Below, piece after piece: positions 18,971 through 28,544 of a stretch of DNA of 64,000 bases. The notes under the pieces were generated by a model. It had not been told where the DNA came from. It saw only the letters and a list, made by a program, of their open reading frames with translations, and made no database searches. The first letter of the stretch is position 1. Every line of letters starts with the position of its first letter. The position numbers and the translations under genes were made by a program. Source of the DNA: a virus; IMG/VR virus record IMGVR_UViG_3300050821_005171, positions 14,701 to 78,700 of that record. One strand, 5' to 3'.

Positions 18971-19188
18971 CACCAAAAGCGACCGCAATCGTGTTGTGGA
19001 AACCAACCCTAACCACCAAGCAACTCTGGAGCCTCTGTGCGTCCCTCGTAATCCTGTGCGTCATGCTGATGATCGGATGCTGCATGACATGGGCCGAAAA
19101 CGTCGGCTTGCGCTACCAGCAGGAACAGACCGCCAAAAAGCTGGATCGCGTGCTGGAGATTGCCGAAAAATTCAACAAGCCCGAGTAA
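18949..19188 (+). CDS. Small TM + coiled-coil protein
   Basis: Cys-containing TM, then QQEQTAKKLDRVL; start uncertain. Confidence 0.5.
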   Translation: MRRHGSITPKATAIVLWKPTLTTKQLWSLCASLVILCVMLMIGCCMTWAENVGLRYQQEQTAKKLDRVLEIAEKFNKPE

Positions 19189-19202
19189 CGAAAGGACCCA
19201 AC

Positions 19203-19562
19203 ATGAAGCTGTTTCTCGTTCAACTGCTGGCCGAGGTGGCAATTCTGATCGGGATGGCCGATACCTCCCAGGGCCAGGACTACGTCTACCGGGTTGTTCG
19301 TCCGGCGCGTCCCGCCAAAGTGAAGGTCTACGCAACTTACCCATCCTACGGTTACGTCGCACCGGTCGTTTCGGCCCCGGTGGCTGCGTCCTACAGCTAT
19401 GCCTATCCAGCGGCCTACGGCTACTCCTACGCGGCTCCGGTTGCTTACCCGGGCACTTATGGGTACTACGGGTACGGAACGCCAGCCTGGGGCTCGTATG
19501 GAGCTTGGGCCGCTCCTCCAGCATCCAGAGGAGTGGGTTTCAACATCGGGTTTAGCTGGTAA
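19203..19562 (+). CDS. Secreted Tyr/Ala/Pro-rich protein
   Basis: SD AAAGGA, signal peptide, YSYAYP/YSYAAP repeats, C-terminal GVGFNIGFSW. Confidence 0.65.
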   Translation: MKLFLVQLLAEVAILIGMADTSQGQDYVYRVVRPARPAKVKVYATYPSYGYVAPVVSAPVAASYSYAYPAAYGYSYAAPVAYPGTYGYYGYGTPAWGSYGAWAAPPASRGVGFNIGFSW

Positions 19563-19657
19563 CCCACCTTGCAAAAGTGTTGCGAAATCGTTTCGCAATA
19601 GAACGCAAGTATTTACACAGCAATCGGTAACAAACAACGCGAAGGGACGAAATTAGC

Positions 19658-20017
19658 ATGCCAACCGTCACAATCGACAAAACAGCCCTCGACGCGATCG
19701 TCACGGCGATCACCGGGATGGCCACGGCCGTCGCCACACTTGAGAATGACCTTCAGTCACAAGCTGACAGTGGGGCAGCACTTGCGGCTGCAACCGACGA
19801 CAAGGCGGCCAAGGATGCGGCGGTCACTGCCGATGATGCGGCGCTCCAGACGGCTTACAAGGCCGTCACGGACGCCTTTACTGCGGCCAACATCCCAGTT
19901 CCCCCAATCCCGACGCCAACTCCGCCAGTGGTTCCGAGCCCGACTCCGACCCCGGCGGCACTCCGGATGCGAGCTAAGGGCCTGATCCCCCACGGAGCAG
20001 TCAAGAAGGCACCTTAA
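19658..20017 (+). CDS. Ala-rich coiled-coil protein with PT-rich tail
   Basis: SD GAAGGGA; last gene before terminators. Confidence 0.65.
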   Translation: MPTVTIDKTALDAIVTAITGMATAVATLENDLQSQADSGAALAAATDDKAAKDAAVTADDAALQTAYKAVTDAFTAANIPVPPIPTPTPPVVPSPTPTPAALRMRAKGLIPHGAVKKAP

Positions 20018-20064
20018 GCCAGGAACGTCATTCAGCGGAGGCCCTCTGCTGAATCCTGCGGTCG

Positions 20065-20107
20065 CAGCCCCGGCGCGTGCATGGATAGCCGCACCGGGGC
20101 TGTTTTT
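20065..20107 (+). terminator. Intrinsic terminator
   Basis: CAGCCCCGG...CCGGGGCTG-TTTTT. Confidence 0.7.
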
Positions 20108-20451
20108 GTTGAATCAGGTTGACTATCTGGCAGCCTTCCGGCAGAATCTCCTGCTTATGCACTGGGCTCAATTGATGATCCAAAACTCAGAATCTTCGCG
20201 TTGTTGCCGGCTGGCTACTCGCGATCTCCAAGCCCCAGCAATGATACCTGCCCGGTGCATTTGCTGGGGTTTGCTTTTGATAGGACCGTAAAAACCAAAA
20301 GCCCGGGGCTTCAGCTCCCCGGGCTTCGGTTGAATCCATTCCCAAGCACGCTTTTAATCCGCCAAGATCGTAAGGGCTCGGTGTATGTACGATAGACCCA
20401 CTGGAGCCAGCAGTCAAGCCCCATCGACCAGTCTGAACCCAATTTTTACAT

Positions 20452-20488
20452 GCGCCCATGCTCACTGAGAGCGTGGGCGTTTTTGTTT
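20452..20488 (+). terminator. Intrinsic terminator
   Basis: GCGCCCATGCTC-ACTGA-GAGCGTGGGCGT-TTTTGTTT. Confidence 0.65.
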
Positions 20489-20938
20489 GCGCTCATCATA
20501 GCCCACCTGTTCGGGCAACACGGCATTCAGCAAGTCCTATGGCGACGCCGTTCCTGAGCCCGTAACTGGGGTCACCTTTGGGTGATGGAGAAGGTCGCTA
20601 ACGTGGCAGAGTCCTAGATTTTTGGGGGATAAAGGGGGCGCGCCATGGTTGGCTCCCGGTTGCCTCCTACCAGCGCTCACTGGCATGGGCCAATCGATCC
20701 CACATGGCGCGCTAACCAGCGTCCCATTCCAATTACGGAAGAGTGTTACGCTAGACTTCCATGCAAGTTGAGCGTTCAAACCAGACAAACCGTACACGAT
20801 GGAAATTCAGCTCTGGACGATCAACCTCCCAGCTTGGATGCGAATTCCCGTCTTCTCCCACGCAGATCAGACAATCAAGCCACCAGAACGCTCCCAGGCG
20901 CGCGCATGACCCCCGGAAATTTTTAGGAGTTGTTAACA

Positions 20939-21157
20939 ATGTCGAGACGAGACTGGACCAGAGACAACTACGGACGGAACATCGATCCGACTGCTAAACC
21001 AGACTGCACTGTGTGTCACGGCCGTGGAGTGCTTATCACCTACCCACCTCCGAGCGGATGGCGGCCGGTTGAGGCAGAATGCTACGGCTGCATCGAGAAC
21101 CGTGACGACGAAAGCAAGCTGGCGACAGAGTACATCGAGCGCCCAAACCGATTATGA
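20939..21157 (+). CDS. Small zinc-finger protein
   Basis: CTVCHGRG and ECYGC; SD AGGAG. Confidence 0.65.
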   Translation: MSRRDWTRDNYGRNIDPTAKPDCTVCHGRGVLITYPPPSGWRPVEAECYGCIENRDDESKLATEYIERPNRL

Positions 21158-21165
21158 TTTCACGC

Positions 21166-21193
21166 TTGCACTGTGCTTACAACGTGCTACAAT
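21166..21193 (+). promoter_or_regulatory. Sigma70-type promoter with 13-bp motif in spacer
   Basis: TTGCAC-16-TACAAT; spacer contains GTGCTTACAACGT. Confidence 0.7.
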
Positions 21194-21203
21194 ACGGGCC
21201 GTC

Positions 21204-21815
21204 ATGGATCAAGCCAAACGCGATAAGAAGAATGCGCGAGCCCGCGCCGCGTATCGCAAAAAAGTCGGATACAATCCGCATCAACAGCAACACTGCGTCG
21301 TGTGCGGGAAAGGATTTATTAAACGTAATGGCAACCAAATCATTTGTTCTGGCCGATGTCGTCGCAGGCGCGAAAAAGAATACTTCATAAACCGCCCAGG
21401 CCGCGTCGCCGCCCGCGCCGCCCGCGCCGCAGGCTACCAACGGACCTGCAAGTTTTGCGGCTCGGATTTCATCGCACATCATGGCAATAAAGTCTCGTGC
21501 GAGACGTGCCAGTTATCTGGAAAACGAGAGCGCTGCAACAAGAGGGGGCAGCGCAATCCACTGGCGATTCGTTTCAGAAGCTGGATGCGCCAGCGTGGCG
21601 TATCCAATTCATCATTGTCTGCTGCCGAACGAAATCAATTACGATCCCTCTTCGAGCAGCAAGTAAAGGAAGAGTTATGCCTACGGAAGTCAAGAAGGGC
21701 ACTCAAAAAACTGCGAATCCTGTTCAACAAGGGACAGGTAAGCCCCAGTGCCTTGAAATCGCTAAAGCAGGAATTAGCACCGGAAGCCAGTTCGCAACCT
21801 TCATGTCCCGACTGA
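21204..21815 (+). CDS. Zinc-finger basic protein
   Basis: CVVCGKGF..CSGRC and CKFCG..CETC repeats. Confidence 0.65.
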   Translation: MDQAKRDKKNARARAAYRKKVGYNPHQQQHCVVCGKGFIKRNGNQIICSGRCRRRREKEYFINRPGRVAARAARAAGYQRTCKFCGSDFIAHHGNKVSCETCQLSGKRERCNKRGQRNPLAIRFRSWMRQRGVSNSSLSAAERNQLRSLFEQQVKEELCLRKSRRALKKLRILFNKGQVSPSALKSLKQELAPEASSQPSCPD

Positions 21816-21970
21816 TGTCCGACCTGATCGAGGGCAGCATCACGCCACAGGTCGGCAACGCGGCCGTGAACGCCGGTGGCAAGCTGCTGAAGGTCGTCGA
21901 GATGCAGTACCGGTACGGCAAGTCCACGCCGGGCGGTGCTCCACGACCAGAGCTGAATTTGCTGAACTAA
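21677..21970 (+). CDS. Hypothetical phage protein, overlapping upstream gene by 139 bp
   Basis: SD AAGGAAG; MPTEVKK...LMSDLIEGSITPQVGNAAVNAGGKLLKVVEMQ; followed by a terminator. Confidence 0.7.
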   Translation: MPTEVKKGTQKTANPVQQGTGKPQCLEIAKAGISTGSQFATFMSRLMSDLIEGSITPQVGNAAVNAGGKLLKVVEMQYRYGKSTPGGAPRPELNLLN

Positions 21971-21989
21971 CAGCATCTGGCCGTGAGCG

Positions 21990-22021
21990 AAACGGGCGGG
22001 AAACCGTCCGTTTTTCTTTTC
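21990..22021 (+). terminator. Intrinsic terminator
   Basis: AAACGGGCGG-GAAA-CCGTCCGTTT-TTCTTTT. Confidence 0.8.
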
Positions 22022-22023
22022 AC

Positions 22024-22052
22024 TTGCGTTGTGCTGACAACGTGCCTACAAT
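22024..22052 (+). promoter_or_regulatory. Sigma70-type promoter with 13-bp motif; probably leaderless transcript
   Basis: TTGCGT-17-TACAAT, spacer GTGCTGACAACGT; ATG at 22060. Confidence 0.75.
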
Positions 22053-22059
22053 GCCGTGT

Positions 22060-25000
22060 ATGAACTTCCTGGTGCTCGCCAAGTGGACCGACATCGACTT
22101 CCTGCGTCACAGCGCATGGTTCCTAGTCGAGACGATGGAAGCTGCCGAGAGCAGCAAGCATAAACTGTGGATCGACGGGAACGATATCGATCAGTTCTGG
22201 GTTGTTCCTGTCAGTGGGGCCGTGGACCTGTGCAGGAAGAATGTCGAGGGCACATGACCAAATCCAGGTACGCAATTTGTGTGCTAGTGGCCATCGCGAT
22301 CTTGGAGTTGGTCATGATCCTTGACCGAGACCATGAGATTGAGCGGTTGAAAACAGAGCGGGACCAAATCATTGAGACGGCATTTAACGCGAACGGCGCT
22401 ACGGCCGAATACTACTGCAAGAAGCTCAGGCAGCATGGGATCGAGCCATAATGGCCAGCGACACCAAGTTCATGACGATGATTGAGTGGGAAGGCCGAGA
22501 CGGATATCGCACGCACGATTTCAATTTCTGGGACTCGATCGAGGATGCGCGACGGTGCCGCGAAGATGCCTGGAACCGATCGCAGACGTCGAGTCGTAAG
22601 GCGGTCAGCGTCGCAATCCTCAAGGTTAAGGTGGTGGACTGACATGACGACAACCGACCAAGAAAACATGGACGACGCGCACCAGACCGCATGGCAGCGG
22701 CTCCGAAAGCAGAAAGAACCGCTCAAAACGCTCGCATTTCACGTTGTGTTGTGGATCGTCGTCCTACAGGGATTTCTGATCAATTGGATTGACAGGCGAG
22801 TCTGCACGCTTGAGCAGCAACCAATAACGGCAGTCCGATCCGATGAGCCTCCCGCTCAGCACCCTAAGGCTCCCGACGGATGGGTGATCATCTACCGCAA
22901 CGGGACAACACAAAAACTCAGCAACTATCCGATCATTGATCATGGAGATTGGATCGTTCGCGGAGAGAACGGCGAGATCACTCGCATCCCAGGCATCCAC
23001 GCTTTGGTGCGGCAGAGTGACTTTGATTCGATGCCGCATCTGGTCGGGAAGAAAACGGCGGAGCCCAAGCCATGACACACGGAGTCGCCCTGCTAATTGC
23101 TGCTGGAGCCCTTGGGTGTTGGGCAGAACTAATGCAGATTTCGTCTAGGGTTAGGCGATCCAAGCACGATTTCGCTTACTACTTCGTTCTTTGGTCGGTT
23201 TGCGCTACCGCTGGGTTCTGCTTGGCGTCCGGGGCCATGTGGTGCATGTTCGGGGAGCCGCAAAAGCTATAGACGCCAGTTTCCGAAACCACTTTTGAAA
23301 GGACCCCAGTGAGAATTTTTGTGAAAGTGTTTTTGCTAACCGCGATCGCAGTTTTCTACTTGGCCGCAACCTCCCAGGCCGGCGTCCCGCTCATCACGTC
23401 ATCCAATGTTCCAAACGGGACACTCAGCGGCACCGACGCAGCGCTGAACGGCGGGATCACCATCCAAAATATCGGTGGCACCCAAAGCCCGAAGTGGCCG
23501 ACACAAACCTGGATTCTGTGCGTCGACTTCACCTACTTCGACGCGTACATGAACCCGCTTCCGGGGTACACAAACGGCGCTGATGAACTCACGTTTGGCA
23601 TCTTGCCGAATCCGATCCAAGCCTACAGTTCAGGCTGCACAGATCAGATCGTCGATCCTGATTCACCTTACGGTTGGGTGTACTGCCGGATGGACTTCAT
23701 GGTCTGCAATTACGCGCCGGGCTACCTCAATGTGCTTTACACCTACCCGGACTACAGACTCATCGACAACACTGGCGCTACGCTCCACTAGGGGGGCTTA
23801 AGTGAAGGTCAAGGAACAACCATTACCCAAGGGCTTTAACTGCCACATCTGTGGCAAGTGGAACGACTTTGGTCCGGTAGTGCTTGCGTCATGGAACGAC
23901 ACGATCATCGTCAAGTGCCATGCGTGCCCGGCGAAATCTAAAATCAGACGCGGCAAGGTCGAGCCGATCAGGGAGAAGTGATGAGCGACGAAATTTTAGA
24001 CGAAGCGCTTAAAGCTGGTGGCCCATCGCTTGTTGAGATCATAAAACTCCGCCGAAGAGTCAGCGTCCTTGAGTCCCGTGAAATCGACGGTATTTCTCCC
24101 AGGCTCTACCTGATCGGCCAAATCTTGCCAGCTCTACTCACAAACCCTCCGTGGAGACACCAACAGTACGGCGCTGTTGTGAAGCAGGCTGTGCAGATCG
24201 CAGACCTGGCGCTCGCTGAGTACGATAAACCACAACCCGAAAGGAATCCCGATGCTGGTTGAATTCAAGCGGGTCCATGACCCGAAGACGAAAGAGGATC
24301 ACGGTGATGCCGTGATGGTTAACCCTGAATTCGTCGAGTCTGTCAGCGAGAGACCGACTTCGTCAGGGCTCATCACCGGGCAATACTCGACGCTTAGGAT
24401 GGCGTCCGGGAACACCGTCGTGGTGGAGGGCCATTGGGAAGACGTCGACATGGCCCTGCGCGGCAACAAAAGCGCCGAGACACCCAAGCCGGCCCACAAG
24501 CAGGTTACCCTTAGCGATGGAACAACCACCGTAACGTTTCCAGCCAAGCCGCAGGATGACTTCCGATGAGCAGGATCGCCGATCCGGATATGGAAGACAC
24601 AGATGCTGACCGTCCACTAGAACAACTCGCTTGTCCGCTCTGTGGTGAGTATCTGGAGCCATCCTCATCGAAACAGTGGGCCACTTGCCCAAAACTGCAC
24701 GGCAAGCTAATGCAGCAGATGAGCCCACAGGAGATCGAGCTGGTTGAGATTGCCCGCCTACCGAAAACCGGGCAGCGCGTCATGCTCGGAAAGTTCGATG
24801 TGGTACGGATCGAGAGGGAAAGGCCGGAAGGCTTCCCGATCAATCTCAATGCGACCCAGAACTTGATGTACGACCTGTTCACGGCCCGCAAGAAAGCGAC
24901 GCCGGGCCACATCCTGCTCAAGTGCCGCTTAAAGAAGCTGCCTAGGCAATTCTGCCGGATCGGGGATCAGGCGTTTGAGTTGCTGAAGCCGATCAAGCTG

Positions 25001-25749
25001 AAGAAGAATGCCCGTGGCAAATGGGTGCGGGACTCAAGAAAGTAGACCCAATGGCGCGCCGACGTAAGCAAAAGTTCAATGTCTATCGCAACGGCAAGAT
25101 TCACGTCTGTAAGGTGCAGTGCGAGACTTGCATCTACCGCCCTGGTAACAAATTTCACCTGGAACCCGGCAGGCTCAAGCAGATGACGCAGGACTCGCTC
25201 AAGAAAGACACGGCCGTCATTTGCCACGACACGCTCGGTGGCGACAATGCCGTGTGTCGAGGGTTTTTCGATCGGTTCAAAACCACCCCACTGCAACTCG
25301 CTGAGCGACTGGGTGTGATCGAGGAGGTTTGAGTGCCCAAGCCGGAAATCAAAGCCGTCCCCAAGAAAGACGGCGTCACGATCAACGTAGGTTTCAACGA
25401 AGAGGCCGGTCAGGTCGTCCTGCAATTCGGTCGGCCGATCGCGTGGCTCGGCCTCGACCCACAGGAATGCACGACGGTGGTCAATAACATGATCAAGGCG
25501 TGCCGGCAGATGCAGGCTCGGGCGAAGCTTAAAAAGGGGTAGGCGATGAGTAATCGGCAGTCGGCAAGCACCAAGGCTGTTTTTGGAAAATGCCCACATT
25601 GCGGCGACAGGTACAATGCCCAGGACTTACGGGACGGTAAAATCCCGACTCATGACTATCCGCGTCCGTGCCGATCCGTGTGCCCGGGCTCTGGGCAGCC
25701 GCCGAGATCGCTGTACGACAGCCGTCCGCTCGGAAAGGACATGCAGTAA
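22060..25749 (+). other. Run of small hypothetical CDSs (22060-22257, 22254-22451, 22451-22642, 22644-23075, 23072-23272, 23309-23791, 23802-23981, 23978-24262, 24252-24569, 24566-25045, 25051-25332, 25333-25542, 25546-25749)
   Basis: Head-to-tail, mostly coupled ORFs; several TM/signal peptides and CxxC motifs; no function recognised. Confidence 0.6.
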
Positions 25750-25752
25750 GCC

Positions 25753-26586
25753 ATGTGCCGCTGGTTGCAATATCAGGGACCCCAAATCCCACTCGCTACA
25801 CTAATCACCGAGCCAGAGAACTCGCTGCTCGACGAGGCGCTTGGAGACCCCAAGGGCGGCGAGCCAACAGAGACAACCAATGCGGACGGATTCGGCGTCG
25901 GCTTCTACACGAGCCTGCCGGAGCCCGGAATCTTTCGCACGGTTCATCCGGCTTGGAGCGATCCAAACCTGCACAACCTGTGCGCGCACATCAACTCCAG
26001 AAACTTCATGGCCCACGTTCGAGACGCTTCTCCTGGGATGGCCGTCCAGGAGTCCAACACGCAGCCCTTCTCGCACGGCAAATGGCTATTCTGCCACAAC
26101 GGTGAGATCAATGGGTTCGAGAACGGCACATTCCGTAGGGACATTTTCAATCTGATTGACGACGGATTGTTTAACGCGATCAAGGGCACGACTGACTCTG
26201 AGTTGATGTTTTATCTCGCACTGAGCCTTGGGTTGGACAAGGACCCAATTGCGGCGCTCGTCGCGATGGTCACAAACATCGAGCAGTTGGGCGGTATGCA
26301 CGGCGTCAACTACCCGGTCAATGCCACGATCGGCCTGAGCGACGGCAAGGATATCTATGCCGTCAGGTACGCTTCCAATGGCCACCCACCGTCGCTATTT
26401 CACACGAACGACGCCAAGAGTCTGGGTCGGATCAGTCCGCGACTGGCCGAGAATTACTCCCAGGACATGCGCATCGTTTCGAGCGAACCTGTCACCGGGT
26501 ACGCTTCTGGGTGGACCGAGGTCCCGCGCGGAACCGTCGTGAAGATCAGCGGGTTCGACGTCGAGACGAGAAGGTTCCGGCCGTAG
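25753..26586 (+). CDS. Class II glutamine amidotransferase-family Ntn hydrolase (EgtC/YafJ-like)
   Basis: N-terminal MCR, NADGFGVGFY, AHVRDAS, NTQPF, FCHNG, GTTDSE, SSEP. Confidence 0.9.
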   Translation: MCRWLQYQGPQIPLATLITEPENSLLDEALGDPKGGEPTETTNADGFGVGFYTSLPEPGIFRTVHPAWSDPNLHNLCAHINSRNFMAHVRDASPGMAVQESNTQPFSHGKWLFCHNGEINGFENGTFRRDIFNLIDDGLFNAIKGTTDSELMFYLALSLGLDKDPIAALVAMVTNIEQLGGMHGVNYPVNATIGLSDGKDIYAVRYASNGHPPSLFHTNDAKSLGRISPRLAENYSQDMRIVSSEPVTGYASGWTEVPRGTVVKISGFDVETRRFRP

Positions 26587-26647
26587 TCTGAAATGATTTC
26601 TGAATCGACACTAAGTCTTTGCTTCATAACAACATAAGGTGACCGCG

Positions 26648-27304
26648 ATGGATCGTCATGGGCTCAGTGAGCGGCCGGCAAAGATGCGTGGCCTGAAGGT
26701 TGACGAGCGGGGATACCCAGTCCCCTGGTTCGTTGCCGAGATCGACGGCAAGCCGGACTTTCGGGTGATGAACCCAGTCCGGTTCGTGAAGGCGATCAGT
26801 CAGAACCTGTGTTGGATTTGCGGCAATCTCATGGGCACCCAGAAGACGTTCGTCGCCGGACCGATGTGCGGCATCAACCGCACCAGCGCTGAGCCGCCGT
26901 GCCACTTGGAGTGTGCTCGCTACGCCGCGATCAACTGTCCGTTCCTCAACAACCCAAATGCGCTGCGTCGCGAAGATGACTTCACCAGGAACACGCTCGA
27001 AACACTGGGCGGCATCTCGATCCCACGCAATCCCGGAGTCGTCATGCTCTGGCAGACTAGGACTTGCTTCCCATTCGATGATGGCAACGGCAAGCCGCTG
27101 ATCTGCATGGGCGAGCCGTTCAATGTCGAGTGGTATCGAGAGAGTCGGCTTGCGACGCGAGAGGAGGTGATCGAGTCGGTAGAAAGCGGCTTTCCGGCGC
27201 TGGCGGCCATCGCCAGAACAGAGCCGGGTGCCATGCAGGACCTGCTGGACGCGCGTAAGCAGTTCGAGAAGTATCTTCCGGCTGCTACATCACCCAGCCA
27301 TTGA
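26648..27304 (+). CDS. Cys-rich hypothetical phage protein
   Basis: DERGYPVPWFV, CWICG, EPPCHLEC, CPFL. Confidence 0.7.
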   Translation: MDRHGLSERPAKMRGLKVDERGYPVPWFVAEIDGKPDFRVMNPVRFVKAISQNLCWICGNLMGTQKTFVAGPMCGINRTSAEPPCHLECARYAAINCPFLNNPNALRREDDFTRNTLETLGGISIPRNPGVVMLWQTRTCFPFDDGNGKPLICMGEPFNVEWYRESRLATREEVIESVESGFPALAAIARTEPGAMQDLLDARKQFEKYLPAATSPSH

Positions 27305-28094
27305 TCCGCTTGAAGCGGCTTAGGTATCCGGAGGCTCTTGGCGGGATGAACGGGTTGTCAATCACACCCTTGGCATCCGTGGCTTGTGGATAGCCGTACC
27401 CGATCGAGTAGTCGCCTAAACGCTCAGAGTTAATCCGGCCGCCCTGAGACATCGCAATCGGGTCCAGGCCACTGTTTCCGGAGATCGCGTTCACCACGGC
27501 CCAATTTGCTTGGATCGTCAACAAGGTTCCAAGCCTGATGTCGCTTGCATCAAGCCGGTAGTCCTCGACGTCGCCCCGAAGCTCACGATCGGTGTAGCCT
27601 GCGACGTAAACCACCTTGATCGATCCGACTTCGGCATTCCAGGCCCAGTTGATCCGCACCAACTGGCCGGTGGAACTGAACCCATCGAACTCGACGTCCA
27701 GGTAATAGTCGGTGCCCAGCACCAAGTCATCAGTGACCGGGAACCCAAGCGGGTTCTGTCCTGAACGCCCCGAGCGGTCCGTACAGACGCTTACGATCGA
27801 ACGGACGGGCAACTCTGAGAGTTGCAGGATCGTGCCACTGTCGGCGATGTGGTAGGGCGACAAATAGCTCCGAATCTGGTCCCGCATGTCGGCCGGGTTG
27901 GCCATCTTGGGCAGATATTCGGTGTACTGCGATTGGATAATGCCCGATAGCAGCTCGGCGCGGATCGCACGCTCGCAGGAGCCCTTAACGGCTTGCAGGA
28001 TGCCCATCTGGTGATCGGTCGCAGTGGTGGCCATCCCGCAGAACGAGACGCACTCAGCGAACGTCACGAGTTCCTTGATGGACTGGGCGGACAT
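27285..28094 (-). CDS. Head-tail connector/adaptor protein
   Basis: LVTFAEC..F, LPVRSIVSV, IKVVYVAGY, INSERLGDYSIGY motifs. Confidence 0.85.
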   Translation of the reverse strand: MSAQSIKELVTFAECVSFCGMATTATDHQMGILQAVKGSCERAIRAELLSGIIQSQYTEYLPKMANPADMRDQIRSYLSPYHIADSGTILQLSELPVRSIVSVCTDRSGRSGQNPLGFPVTDDLVLGTDYYLDVEFDGFSSTGQLVRINWAWNAEVGSIKVVYVAGYTDRELRGDVEDYRLDASDIRLGTLLTIQANWAVVNAISGNSGLDPIAMSQGGRINSERLGDYSIGYGYPQATDAKGVIDNPFIPPRASGYLSRFKRINGWVM

Positions 28095-28095
28095 G

Positions 28096-28233
28096 CTACC
28101 TTCTCAGCCTTCTGATGACCCAGACGACACAGGCAAACGCGGCGGCAATAACGAGCGAAACAATCAGAACGGGAATCACAAGCATGGCCACAATCTCGGC
28201 CACTGTGTTCCAAAGCGCTTGCTGTGGTGTCAT
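28096..28233 (-). CDS. 45-aa single-TM microprotein
   Basis: MTPQQALWNTVAEIVAMLVIPVLIVSLVIAAAFACVVWVIRRLRR; ATGA-coupled; below ORF-track cutoff. Confidence 0.55.
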   Translation of the reverse strand: MTPQQALWNTVAEIVAMLVIPVLIVSLVIAAAFACVVWVIRRLRR

Positions 28234-28544
28234 GGTAAACACTCGCCGTTCGTGATGTTTCCATGCCAGTGCCCGGATTCACTGGCGTCAATTGACGGGG
28301 TTACGGTCAATCCATCAGGGAACGGTCCCTCAATTTTCCAAGCAACGCTTGGTTTCGGAGGAACAACTACAGGATTGTGATGAAGGCTGTCTCCGTCTCC
28401 GAATTCTTTCACGAGAATGTCGAAAATTTTCCCCCTGTCCATTGCCACGTTTTTGCATGTCAACCATGCAGCTTTGCAGTGCGGACAAAGGAACACGAAA
28501 ATGTTCGGGTGGACCCATCTCGGCTGAAGGTCGCTCAGCTTCAT
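28230..28544 (-). CDS. DUF6527-like small metal-binding protein
   Basis: FLCPHC and TVTPSIDASESGHWHGNITNG. Confidence 0.6.
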   Translation of the reverse strand: MKLSDLQPRWVHPNIFVFLCPHCKAAWLTCKNVAMDRGKIFDILVKEFGDGDSLHHNPVVVPPKPSVAWKIEGPFPDGLTVTPSIDASESGHWHGNITNGECLP

